The notes under the pieces: model-generated | Database searches by the model: none | Seen by the model: the letters and a program-made list of their open reading frames with translations, nothing else | What the model was told of the DNA's origin: nothing | Shown here: positions 9,749-19,612 of the stretch, in pieces | How positions within the stretch are numbered: position 1 is the stretch's first letter | Layout of the letters: each line of letters opens with the position of its first letter | Translations under genes and position numbers: made by a program | Source of the DNA: an uncultured delta proteobacterium | GTDB lineage: Bacteria; Desulfobacterota; Desulfomonilia; UBA1062 | DNA length: 64,000 bases | Direction: 5' to 3' | Assembly (NCBI GenBank): GCA_963785235.1 | Contig: CAWAUM010000013.1 | Coordinates: 160,001-224,000, forward strand

Positions 9749-10663
9749 CTATTCCTTTATTATCTGGAGGTATTTCGCCTGAATGCTGCCCTTAATGAGA
9801 AACTCCGCCTGGGACCGTACAGGGAGCGACTTCTTGAGTTCAGCAGAAATGGCATCGATATCATTCGACTTTGCGCACAGTTCTTTCGCCTTCTGGTCAA
9901 AGGCCAGGATGTAATCCTTCATTTCAACAACATCTTTCTTCGAAGATACCGGCCCATGACCAGGGATTATCTTGTCTACAGGCACACTCTTGATGAAGTC
10001 CAGGGTCTTTTCCCAGCCCATGATGTCACCATCTCCCATGTAGGGGTAGTAGTCGGTAAAGAGCACATCTCCTGAAAAGAGTACCCTGTCCCGGGGTATG
10101 AAAACCATGACGCTGTCATCCGTATGTGAAGGCGCCATGAACAGGATATCAACGCTTACATTGCCAAGGTCTATCCGCATCATTCCAGGGGAAGTGACCT
10201 CAGGGTATGTAATCTTTATGGCCTTGGCATCCTCATCGGTGATGCCGTAATCCTTGGCATTCCTGATCACCTTGGGCAGTGTCTTGTTCATGTTGATAGG
10301 GCAGCTGGTCTGGGCTAATATCACGGCATGTATGGCGGCAAATTCGGAATTGCCCAAGGTATGGTCGAAGTGGCTGTGGGTGTCCACCACATAGCGCACT
10401 GGTTTGTCGGAAATCTTCTTGATATCCTCTATAAACTTCCGGGCCCCTTTCGCAGACCCCAGGGTATCGACTACAAGGATACCCTTGTCGCCGATCACGA
10501 TGCCGGCATTGGCGCCGAAGCTGTTCACAGGCGATGGGTTGATGGTGCCTGCATAGGCATAGATATGATCGGATATCTTCTGCAGGCCGTCAGCCGCATA
10601 AGAGAACCCGACAAAAAGGAATATCCAGAGAACAGCAAGAATAAACTGAATACATCCCTTCAT
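9749..10663 (-). CDS. Exported MBL-fold metallo-hydrolase (cyclase-like)
   Basis: THSHFDHTLGN, SHT, FSGD, IPGHG; signal peptide; GGAGG RBS before 10663. Confidence 0.88.
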   Translation of the reverse strand: MKGCIQFILAVLWIFLFVGFSYAADGLQKISDHIYAYAGTINPSPVNSFGANAGIVIGDKGILVVDTLGSAKGARKFIEDIKKISDKPVRYVVDTHSHFDHTLGNSEFAAIHAVILAQTSCPINMNKTLPKVIRNAKDYGITDEDAKAIKITYPEVTSPGMMRIDLGNVSVDILFMAPSHTDDSVMVFIPRDRVLFSGDVLFTDYYPYMGDGDIMGWEKTLDFIKSVPVDKIIPGHGPVSSKKDVVEMKDYILAFDQKAKELCAKSNDIDAISAELKKSLPVRSQAEFLIKGSIQAKYLQIIKE

Positions 10664-10804
10664 GAACACCTCCATAAAGATTCTGAAATTCAAAAGCTCA
10701 CTACTGAATGACATTCCCGATACTCTGTCAACTAGCTTAACTTATACCATATCTCTCCTTTCAATTCCTCATATTCCATCACTAAAAACCGTTTTAAATA
10801 TCCC

Positions 10805-10846
10805 TTGACATGTTAAACCATTTATTCTAATTGGTTAATCCAATTA
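10805..10846 (+). promoter_or_regulatory. Sigma70 -35 plus FadR/PdhR-type operator
   Basis: TTGACA at 10805-10810. Palindrome TAATTGGTTAATCCAATTA at 10828-10846 resembles the FadR-subfamily consensus AATTGGTnnnACCAATT. Confidence 0.65.
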
Positions 10847-11679
10847 TGGGTAAAACTCCAGCGCCACTCCCCTCCATCAACCCCACACAGGACCGCGAAA
10901 AACCCCTTCCTCGGCGGATTGCCGACCTTCTCATAGCCCGGATCTTTATGGGCGAACTGAAGCCGGGTGACCGGCTTCCACCGGACCGCGTGCTGGCGGA
11001 GCAGCTCGAAGTGGACCGCACTTCTCTACGCGCAGCACTCAACGAGCTTGCCAGCAGAAACATCGTCAGGGCGGTGCAGGGCTCGGGTGTGGTGGTCCTT
11101 GACTACCGGGAACATGCAGGCCTCGATTTTCTCGATGCCGTGTTCGGCATGCCTGATATCGAATTCGGGAGCGCCTTTAACCTTGAGCTCCTTGACCATT
11201 GGATCGAGGTCGTCCCGGCGATTCTGAAGCTGGCGCTCAGGCGGGCGACACCTGCCGACCTCGCGGCCATGGATGTCCTTTTCAAGAGACAGCAGAGTGC
11301 CATGAAAAGGGGCATCAACTACAGGGAACTGGCCGCCATCGAGGTGGAGATACAAGACATGATTGTCAAGCTCGCCGGGAGCACCATCCTGAGGTTATTC
11401 GCCAATTCCATGCGGCAGCTCAGGATTCAGTTTGTGGCATCCTTCTTCAAGACCGTTGATGTCGGGCAGCACATCATCACCATGCGCACCCTTATCCAGC
11501 TGGTGATGGCAGGCGGCACCACCCCTGACGAAAGCGCCATGCGTTTCAAGTCTTACCTGCATGAACATACACGCGCCCACCGTTCGCGCATAGCCGCCAT
11601 GCCGTCGGGTCCGAATCGTCGCGGAGACCGTAAGAAGTCGGGACAACTGAAAAATAGCCGCAGCAGCACAAAACAATGA
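10846..11679 (+). CDS. GntR/FadR family transcriptional regulator
   Basis: wHTH GELKPGDRLPPDRVLAEQLEVDRTSLRAALNEL...QGSG followed by a helical FCD-like domain. Confidence 0.9.
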   Translation: MGKTPAPLPSINPTQDREKPLPRRIADLLIARIFMGELKPGDRLPPDRVLAEQLEVDRTSLRAALNELASRNIVRAVQGSGVVVLDYREHAGLDFLDAVFGMPDIEFGSAFNLELLDHWIEVVPAILKLALRRATPADLAAMDVLFKRQQSAMKRGINYRELAAIEVEIQDMIVKLAGSTILRLFANSMRQLRIQFVASFFKTVDVGQHIITMRTLIQLVMAGGTTPDESAMRFKSYLHEHTRAHRSRIAAMPSGPNRRGDRKKSGQLKNSRSSTKQ

Positions 11680-11713
11680 AGTTATCCTAACCCTTACATA
11701 ATGGGAGGATGCC

Positions 11714-13807
11714 ATGAGCACTACAACGATAAGAAGTATCTGCTTTGAGTGCCACAGCCGCTGCGGCGTCATCCTCGAGGTTCAGGATGGCAGACTCATG
11801 GGCGTCAAGGGCGACCCGGACCACCCCCACAGCCACGGCTACACCTGCCCCAAAGGCAGGGCTGCCCCTGAGATGATCTACCATCCGGACCGTATCACCA
11901 AACCCCTTGTAAAAGTGGGCGGCAAGGCAGGCACCCGGTTTCAAGAGGCTTCGTGGGATATGGCGCTTACCATCATCGCGGAGAATCTCCTTGGTGCAAA
12001 GGAAAAATGGGGGGCGGAATCCGTGGTCTTCGGCACAGGGACCACCCGGGGTATGGCGCCCTACCTCAACCGGTTCCTTTCGCTCTTCGGGTCGCCGAAC
12101 TTCATGGCGCCTTCCAACATGAGCGGCGGGCCCATTGTTCTGGGAAGCGCAGCAACCTGCGGCTTCGGCCTTGTGGACCCTGATTATGCCAGCAGCTCCT
12201 GTATCCTCCTGTGGGCGCACAACCCCGAGGCATCCTGGCCGGGGCTGTATATGCATGACATCAAGGAGGGCCTGGATTCAGGCGCCAAACTCATCGTCGT
12301 GGACCCCAGGGGAACAAGGCTGGCCAGGAAGGCTGACCACTGGCTCAGAATAAGGCCGGGAACGGACGTGGCCCTGATTCTCTGCTTCATCAACATCATC
12401 ATAGAAAAAGGCCTGTACGACAAGGCGTTCGTTGAGAAATGGACTGTCGGTTTTGATAAACTCAGTGAGCATGTCAAAGCCTTCACCCCGCAGCGCTGCG
12501 CTGAGATAACTTGGCTATCCGGCTGAAGATATTGTGGCGGCGGCAGTCACCTTCGGCAGCACAAAACCTGCCAGCATAGGCCCAGGAATGGGCGGCGTCT
12601 GCCAGGCTAACGACGCCTTTGACCTCACCAGGGCGCTCACCATCCTTTCCGCCATCACCGGCAACCTCGAGGCCAAGGGAGGCAACCTCAACTGCGTGCC
12701 GCCCACCAAGAAGCGCTCATGCTACGGCCCTGACTACAGCACCTACAACAACCTGCCCCCGGAGCAGGCGGGCAAGAAGCTGGGGCTCGACCGCTTTCCG
12801 CTTCTCGCCCACATACCCATACCCAGCCCGCCGCAGGTTGTCTGGCCTGCCATCGAAACGGGCAAGCCCTACCCGGTGAAGGCTGTCGGCCTGTTTGCCA
12901 ACAACAGCGTGTGCGCATATCCCAACTCGGCAAGGGTGAAGAATGTACTGAGCTTACTGGATTTTCTCTTTGCCGTGGACTACTACCACACCCCCACCAC
13001 CGAACTGGCAGACGTCATCCTTCCCCCTGCCCACTGGAGCGAGCGCGACGAGATCGAAGACCTGCTCATGAAGAACCACGTGTTCTGCCAGGTTAAGGCC
13101 GTAGAGCCCGTCCCGGAGTGCCGTGACGAAAAGCAGATCCTCATAGACCTGGCAAATAAAATGGGCCTCAAGGGTTACTGGGATTCCGTACAGGAGACCC
13201 TGGACTACCGGCTGGAGCCAATGGGCATGACCTTCAACGAGTTCAGAGAAAAGGGCCATGTTTCAACGCCCCTTGTCTACAAGGGTTATGAGAAGTTCGG
13301 CAAGTTCCGGACCCCCACGGGCAAGGTGGAGCTCTATGCCGAATATCTCACCATGCTCGGCATATCCCCCTGCCCTGTTTCAAAGAACCTGACGAAGGCC
13401 CGGTGAGCACCCCTGCCCTTTTCCTGGAGTTCCCTCTGATCCTTACAACTGGCGGAAGAAACCTGATCTATTATCATTCATCCCACCGCAACATTGTGTC
13501 GCTGAAAGAACGCTCCCCCGACCCCGAGCTCGACATCCACCCGGACACGGCCCGTGGGCTCGGGATTGCTGATGGCGAGTGGGTGTCTCTGTCATCGCCT
13601 AGGGGCTCTGTGGAGATCAGGGCCAGGTATTCGGCCGACATGCACCCCAAGGTCGTGCACTCGCCCCATGGGTACTGGTACGGAGTTGAAGACGGCTGGA
13701 AAAAGGTAAACATCAACATGATCACCGCTGACGAGCCCCTGTGTCCGGTGACCGGGTCGGTGCCCATCAAGGCCCTCCTGTGCAGGGTTGAAAAACTGAC
13801 AAAGTGA
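11714..13807 (+). CDS. Molybdopterin (bis-MGD Mo/W) oxidoreductase, acetylene-hydratase-like (frameshifts near 12520 and 13370)
   Basis: CFECHSRC...CPKG [4Fe-4S] motif, DPRGT, RPGTD, ADVILP, TPTGKVEL, C-terminal HSSHR...IHPDTA dinucleotide-binding domain. Confidence 0.88.
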
Positions 13808-13846
13808 AGCCTTAACTGTAACGATCCATGAAAAGGGAGGTTCATC

Positions 13847-14864
13847 ATGAATATACCAGAACAGTTGGCGCCATATGCAGCAAGATTGGGGTTCCCCGGA
13901 TCCGAGGCCATGGCAAGGATCCTGGCCATACTCTTCGATGACCCTGACAGTGTCTCTGTTGCCGGGGCCATGCCGGGTTCCGTTGCAGATATATCGGCCA
14001 AGACGGGCATGAGTGAACAACGGGTCAGCCAGGTCACCCACAGGCTCCTGCACAAGGGGGCCATCAGCCGGGTGATCAGCAAAGGGCAATACTTCCGCCT
14101 CTTCCCGGCCATGATCGAGCTCCGCGATGCCGTTGTGATCACCCCGGACTGCCCCCAGGAGCTCTTTGAGCTGTGGGAGGTCATCATCCGCGACGAGATG
14201 CCAAAGATCGTGCCCATGATGAAATCGCTCAGTCTCCCCCCCATGCTCAGGGTGATCCCCATAGAAGAAACCGTGGAGAATTCCACGAGGGTTCTGGATG
14301 CCGACTCGGCCCGGCAGATAGTCCGCGGCGCATCGCTCATTACTGCCATCCCCTGCCCGTGCCGCACCCAGGCAGAGCGCGTGGGCAGGACAAAAGACTG
14401 CATAGCACCCAAGGGTGTGAGCCTGTGCATGCAGATTAACGGCTTTGCCGAGGCGGCCCTGGACCGCGGCGTGGGAGAGCGCCTGAGCAATGATGAGGCC
14501 TTGAGGCGGTTAACCCTGGCTGAAAAGGCAGGGCTTGTCCACACGGTCCGTAACAACGTCAAGGACGACATGTTCATGTGCAACTGCTGTCCCTGCTGCT
14601 GCACGGCCATGTTCCTCCACAACGCCGTAGGTTACGATGCCTCTTTTGCCCCTTCGAGGTTCCGTGCTAAGGTTGATGCAGGCATCTGCACCGGTTGCGG
14701 TGCATGCGAAGAAAAGTGTTCATTCGATGCCGTCAGCATTAAATGAAACGGCGCTTATCGACGAAAAAAAGTGTATGGGGTGCGGCAACTGCGTGCTTGC
14801 CTGCCCGGTTGAAGCCATCGCCTTGGATGAGGTACGGCCGCCCGAGTTCATACGAAGGACATAA
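13847..14864 (+). CDS. 4Fe-4S dicluster protein with N-terminal HTH-like region (frameshift near 14740)
   Basis: CPCR, CNCCPCCC, CTGCGACEEKC, CMGCGNCVLACP. Confidence 0.82.
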
Positions 14865-14892
14865 CCATTAAACAATTAACAGGAGCTTGAAC

Positions 14893-16830
14893 ATGAGTAA
14901 ACCGACTGTATATAATCATCTGTTTTCTCCCATCACCATCGGCACCATGAAGCTTGAGAACAGGGCGGTCATGCCTGCCATGGGTACAGGATACGCTAAC
15001 ATGGACAATACACCGAGCGATCGGTTGATACAGTACCTGGCCAGACGGGCAAAAGGGGGCACGGGCCTCATCATTACCGAGGTGACCGCTGTAACACAGC
15101 GTGGCAAGGGATTCCCCAACGAGCTGGGCATCTGGAATGACGATTTCATCGGCCCTCTTTCCAGGATCCCACAGGCCATACACCGGCAAGGCGGCAAGTC
15201 AGCGATCCAGCTCCACCATGCCGGCAGGGAGACATTCAAGGAGGCTGCCGGTGGCATGCCTGAGGCCCCATCTGCCATCCCCAGCGTTATCCTCGGACAG
15301 CCCTGCGAGGAGATGAGCATAGATCGCATCCACGAGGTGATTGAGTCCTTTGCCTCAGCAACGCTACGGGCTCGCGCAGCAGGGTTCGACGCCGTTGAGA
15401 TACACAGCGCCCACGGCTACCTTCTGAATCAGTTTCTCTCCCCTTTTTCCAACCAGAGGCAGGATGCCTACGGCGGATCGGAAGAGAACCGCTCCCGTTT
15501 TGTGCTGGAGGTCGTCTCTGCTGCCAGAAAGGCGGTTGGGAAGGATTTTCCCATCATTGTCCGGGTCTCGGCCGACGAGCTCATCAGGGGCGGATTCGAC
15601 CTGGAGTTCATGAAACGGTTCGCGCCGCAGCTTGTGAATGCCGGGGCTGACGCCCTGCACGTATCGGTAGGTGTTTATTCCACGCCCGGCAGCCTGAGCA
15701 TAGCCTCCATGGACACGCCTGCGGGTTTCAACCTGTTCAGGGCCAGGGCCATAAAGGCTCTGGTGAATGTGCCGGTGATCGGGGTGGGCCGCATAAGCCA
15801 TCCCGAGCTTGCCGAACAGGCTCTGGAAAGGGGTGATGCCGATCTCATCAGCTTCGGCAGACAGCACCTCACTGACCCTGATTTCATCAGCAAGTCAAAA
15901 TCCGGCAACCTTGACGATATCAGACCGTGCGTGGCGTGCAACCAGGGGTGTATCGAACGACTCAGCTTCGAGATGAAATCCGCCACCTGCTCCTTTAACC
16001 CGGAATGCGGCCAGGAATTCCGTGGAAATTCATTAGCAGAGGTCCCCAAAAAGGTGTGGGTGATCGGCGCAGGTCCGGCCGGCCTTTCCGCAGCCCTTGC
16101 CGCCTGTGAACGGGGGCACGATGTTGAAGTCTTCGAGCAGGAAGACTCTGTGGGGGGCCAGCTGCGCTCAGCAAGCAAACCACCGCACAAAGAGGCCTTC
16201 TGGACTTGGGTGGAGTGGGCGCTGAGAAGATTAAAGAACCGTGGCGTGCCCATCAGACTGAGCAAATCTGTGTCCAGAGAGATGCTCCTTGAGGGCAAGC
16301 CCACAGCGGTGATCCTTACCACCGGCGCATATCCAATAACAGCCCCCATACAAGGCATCGACGCACCGCATGTCATGGATGCCCGGGATGTCCTTATGGG
16401 AAGGGCCACGGCAGCAGGGCCTGTTGTGATCCTGGGCGCAGGATATGTGGGCATGGAGACAGCCGACTTTCTGGTGGAAAAAGGCCTTGAAACGGTCATT
16501 CTCGAGATGCTCTCAACACCGCCTGTAGGCAAGCTGACGGCCCACGGCTATTGGCTGCATAAGCGTATCAGGGATAAGGGCGGCAAGATGTTCTTCGGGG
16601 CAAAGGTCACAAAAATCGGCCAGGGTGCCGTTCACTTCATAAAGGCCGACGAAGAAAATACCGTCCCTGCCTCCACAGTCATAACCGCCATGGGCGCCCG
16701 CTCAGACATCAGACTCGAGGCAGCGCTCAAGGAGGCAGGTATCAGCTATACGGTGGCAGGCGACGCCAAAGGTCCCAGGCGCATCCTGGAAGCCATCCAT
16801 GAAGGGCATCGTGCAGGCAACATGATCTGA
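14893..16830 (+). CDS. NADH:flavin oxidoreductase (old yellow enzyme with FAD domain; FadH/BaiCD-like)
   Basis: QLHHAGR, EIHSAHGYLL, YGGSEENR, CVACNQGC, VIGAGPAG, GAGYVG. Confidence 0.9.
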   Translation: MSKPTVYNHLFSPITIGTMKLENRAVMPAMGTGYANMDNTPSDRLIQYLARRAKGGTGLIITEVTAVTQRGKGFPNELGIWNDDFIGPLSRIPQAIHRQGGKSAIQLHHAGRETFKEAAGGMPEAPSAIPSVILGQPCEEMSIDRIHEVIESFASATLRARAAGFDAVEIHSAHGYLLNQFLSPFSNQRQDAYGGSEENRSRFVLEVVSAARKAVGKDFPIIVRVSADELIRGGFDLEFMKRFAPQLVNAGADALHVSVGVYSTPGSLSIASMDTPAGFNLFRARAIKALVNVPVIGVGRISHPELAEQALERGDADLISFGRQHLTDPDFISKSKSGNLDDIRPCVACNQGCIERLSFEMKSATCSFNPECGQEFRGNSLAEVPKKVWVIGAGPAGLSAALAACERGHDVEVFEQEDSVGGQLRSASKPPHKEAFWTWVEWALRRLKNRGVPIRLSKSVSREMLLEGKPTAVILTTGAYPITAPIQGIDAPHVMDARDVLMGRATAAGPVVILGAGYVGMETADFLVEKGLETVILEMLSTPPVGKLTAHGYWLHKRIRDKGGKMFFGAKVTKIGQGAVHFIKADEENTVPASTVITAMGARSDIRLEAALKEAGISYTVAGDAKGPRRILEAIHEGHRAGNMI

Positions 16831-17022
16831 TGCAAGGTCAACATGCATCAGCATGTTAAAAAACTGTAAAACCGACTGGTTGTTGGCTTGACCTGGTTGC
16901 AATTTATCAGAAAGAGGCCTAAGGTCTGCGGTAGGTTGAAACCGTGTCAGGGGTAGTCATTTCAGATGGTTCTCTGACGCGACTTTGACTTGAGATATCA
17001 CGACATCTTATGAGGTTTTGGT

Positions 17023-17928
17023 ATGATTTCACATCTTCCACCGACTGCACGAGGGGTCATTTCCATCTCGCTCGTTATCATGAATACCCTCTTCTGGGCC
17101 ACGCCCATACACATCTTTGCACTCACCAAGCTGCTCATCCGCTCTGATTCATGGCAGCGTCAATGTGCAAAGGCGATCATGTTCTTCGGCAGCTGCTGGA
17201 TCGTGGGCATGAATACGATCATGCGCACAACCCAGCCCACCAGATATGACATAGAGGGCCTTGAGGGACTCAGCAAGAACCAGTGGTACTTCATCAACTG
17301 CAACCACCAGTCATGGGCCGATATACTGATCCTGTTCATAACCTTCCACGGATCTGTCCCGTTCCTGAAATTTTTCATCAAGAAGGAACTCTTCAAGGTC
17401 CCTGTCATGGGTACTGCCTGGTGGGCTCTGGACTACCCCTTCATGGAGCGATTCTCCAAGGAATATCTCAAGAAGAACCCGCACATGAAGGGAAAGGACT
17501 TTGAAACTACAAGGAAGGCATGCGAGCGCTACCGTCACACCCCGGTCTCTATTCTGAACTTCATCGAAGGGACCAGGTTCACCAAGGAAAAACATGACCG
17601 GCAGGAGTCTCCCTACCGGCATCTTCTCCGGCCCAAGGCTGGCGGGTTCGCCTTTGCCCTGGGTGCCATGGACGGGAAGATCTCGAATATCCTGGATGTC
17701 ACCATCATCTATTCCCAGAGGCCAGGCTCCTTCTGGGACTATCTGTGCGGACGCGTAGACTGGATCAGTGTAAAGGTCAAAAAGATGCCGGTACCTCAAG
17801 AATTTCTCAGTGGTGACTATCAGAACGATGAAGTATTCAGGGACCGCATCCAGACCTGGGTCAGCGACCTCTGGCAGGAAAAGGACAACCTCATGGAACA
17901 GCATAAGGACGAACACCCGAGGCGTTAA
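17023..17928 (+). CDS. YihG-like lysophospholipid acyltransferase
   Basis: NHQSWAD, KFFIKKEL, NFIEGTRF, LLRPKAGG. Confidence 0.88.
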   Translation: MISHLPPTARGVISISLVIMNTLFWATPIHIFALTKLLIRSDSWQRQCAKAIMFFGSCWIVGMNTIMRTTQPTRYDIEGLEGLSKNQWYFINCNHQSWADILILFITFHGSVPFLKFFIKKELFKVPVMGTAWWALDYPFMERFSKEYLKKNPHMKGKDFETTRKACERYRHTPVSILNFIEGTRFTKEKHDRQESPYRHLLRPKAGGFAFALGAMDGKISNILDVTIIYSQRPGSFWDYLCGRVDWISVKVKKMPVPQEFLSGDYQNDEVFRDRIQTWVSDLWQEKDNLMEQHKDEHPRR

Positions 17929-18005
17929 GACCATAGTAAAACCTCTTTCCCTCATTCAAGACTGATCTGCGGCATCTTCGGATTTCAGCGGTTATCCTTT
18001 TTTAT

Positions 18006-18215
18006 TCCGGATATTGCGCTTAAGATGAGTAAAAACCTTTTTCCGTTCAAAACCTTTATCTTGCAGCCTGGTGAGGGATGCAGAATTTATTGGTCCTTCA
18101 AGGCTGCAAGATAAAGGTTTTGAACGGACCTATAAAAAATAATACCATGGTCATAATGAGTTATATGCTTAAGTACATGGAGCATGTGCGGGTACATTCA
18201 ACTGCAATATCCGGA
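18006..18215. mobile_element. MITE with 12-bp TIRs and 5-bp TSD, containing an inner hairpin element
   Basis: TCCGGATATTGC...GCAATATCCGGA flanked on both sides by TTTAT (18001-18005 and 18216-18220). Confidence 0.8.
18042..18128. repeat. 87-bp element with perfect 28-bp inverted arms
   Basis: TCCGTTCAAAACCTTTATCTTGCAGCCT-N31-AGGCTGCAAGATAAAGGTTTTGAACGGA. Confidence 0.9.
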
Positions 18216-18304
18216 TTTATAAAAAGCTGTTTGAAAAAGAATCAGGTACATTATACTATCCAAAGGAACAAATGCACTTTTTTGAGTTCACTTAAGGGGG
18301 CTCC

Positions 18305-19510
18305 ATGCAGGCTAAGAAATCGAACAAACGGTTCTTCGCTTCCCAGGCATTCCACTACCAGACCTTACGCACATTGGGCCACTCTGCGGCCTTTGGGGCA
18401 AACCCCGGCGAGTGCCTGGCCACCATCAACTCCATCCGTAATGCAGATCCTGAAAGCTGGTATGAGTCCTGGCATGAATCCGGCCGGAAATGTGAAAACA
18501 TGGCCGCAGCATCAGGGGACACCATAGGCCGGGGCAAGGCGCTTCTGCGTGCATCAAACTACTTCCGCACAAGCGAGTTCTTCCTGTCTCCCTTGGACAC
18601 CAGGCGGCAGGCCGTTTATCGTGAGAGCGCGAATGCCTTTATCAGGGCACTGCAGGTGTTGAGCATACCTCACAAAATCTGGAAGATACCCTATGAGCGG
18701 ACCTCCATGAGGGCCTTTTATTTTCCAGGTGATGCGGGCAAACCCGTCATCATTGCCTGCGGAGGATATGACTCCACCCTTGAAGAGCTCTTTTTCTGGA
18801 TTGCGTCTGCAGCGAGGGACAGAGGCTACCCTTGCGTTATTTTCGAGGGTCCCGGCCAGTCCAACATGATTCGTGAATACGACATGAAGTTCACCCACAT
18901 GTGGGAAAAACCGGTTACAACATTGCTGGATTATATGCAGTGGGACGCCACCGAGCTTACCGGTCAGAAGAAGATCCTCCTGGGCATCAGTATGGGTGCA
19001 ATGCTGGCGTTGAGGGCAGCAGCCATTGAGAAGCGCATCCATGCAGCGGCAGGATTAGGAGGGTTCTTCAGCATGAAGGATGCGGCCCTTGCCCAGATCC
19101 CTCCCATGGGGAGGTTCCTCTACCGGCTCAAATTCAAAGACATGTTCAACAGGTTTGCGTCGCTGAAGGCATCACACGACATGGGCAAACGATGGGCGCT
19201 GAACAACGGATACTGGACAATCGGCGCGGACACGCCGTTCGATCTCCTTGAAAAAACCGACCCATTCAGCCTCACTGAGGTGGCGGACAAGATCACCTGT
19301 GACGTGCTCATCATGTCCTCGGATAAAGATCACCTCATCCCCACCAGTGAGGCCGGACGGTTCAAGCAGCACATAAAGAACGCCCGGAGCATCCAGGTGC
19401 ATTGTTCCCTGGACGATGACGGCGCCGGCGAGCACTGCCTGGCAGGGGCCACTGAGCTTTTCCACCAGGTTTTCTTTGCATGGGTTGAAGGCCTTTTCCG
19501 GAAGGAGTAA
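18305..19510 (+). CDS. Alpha/beta hydrolase (FrsA/DUF1100-like)
   Basis: RASNYFRTSEFF, GGYDS, FEGPGQ, nucleophile elbow GISMG, GAGEHC. Confidence 0.85.
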   Translation: MQAKKSNKRFFASQAFHYQTLRTLGHSAAFGANPGECLATINSIRNADPESWYESWHESGRKCENMAAASGDTIGRGKALLRASNYFRTSEFFLSPLDTRRQAVYRESANAFIRALQVLSIPHKIWKIPYERTSMRAFYFPGDAGKPVIIACGGYDSTLEELFFWIASAARDRGYPCVIFEGPGQSNMIREYDMKFTHMWEKPVTTLLDYMQWDATELTGQKKILLGISMGAMLALRAAAIEKRIHAAAGLGGFFSMKDAALAQIPPMGRFLYRLKFKDMFNRFASLKASHDMGKRWALNNGYWTIGADTPFDLLEKTDPFSLTEVADKITCDVLIMSSDKDHLIPTSEAGRFKQHIKNARSIQVHCSLDDDGAGEHCLAGATELFHQVFFAWVEGLFRKE

Positions 19511-19612
19511 TAGTATTCACGTTTCGCTTGACACGGGAAAGAGGATGCCTGTATCAACCCAAGGAATCATACAGCATGACGCTGAGACTACAAGGCAAGG
19601 AGACCCTCCCCC

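Noticed and set aside
12524-12526. TGA as selenocysteine in the Mo/W enzyme
   Set aside because: The protein continues in a different frame (PAEDIVAAA) and the position is not the metal ligand; it is a frameshift.
11714-13807. True acetylene hydratase
   Set aside because: The Asp13 and Cys141 equivalents are His and Ser.
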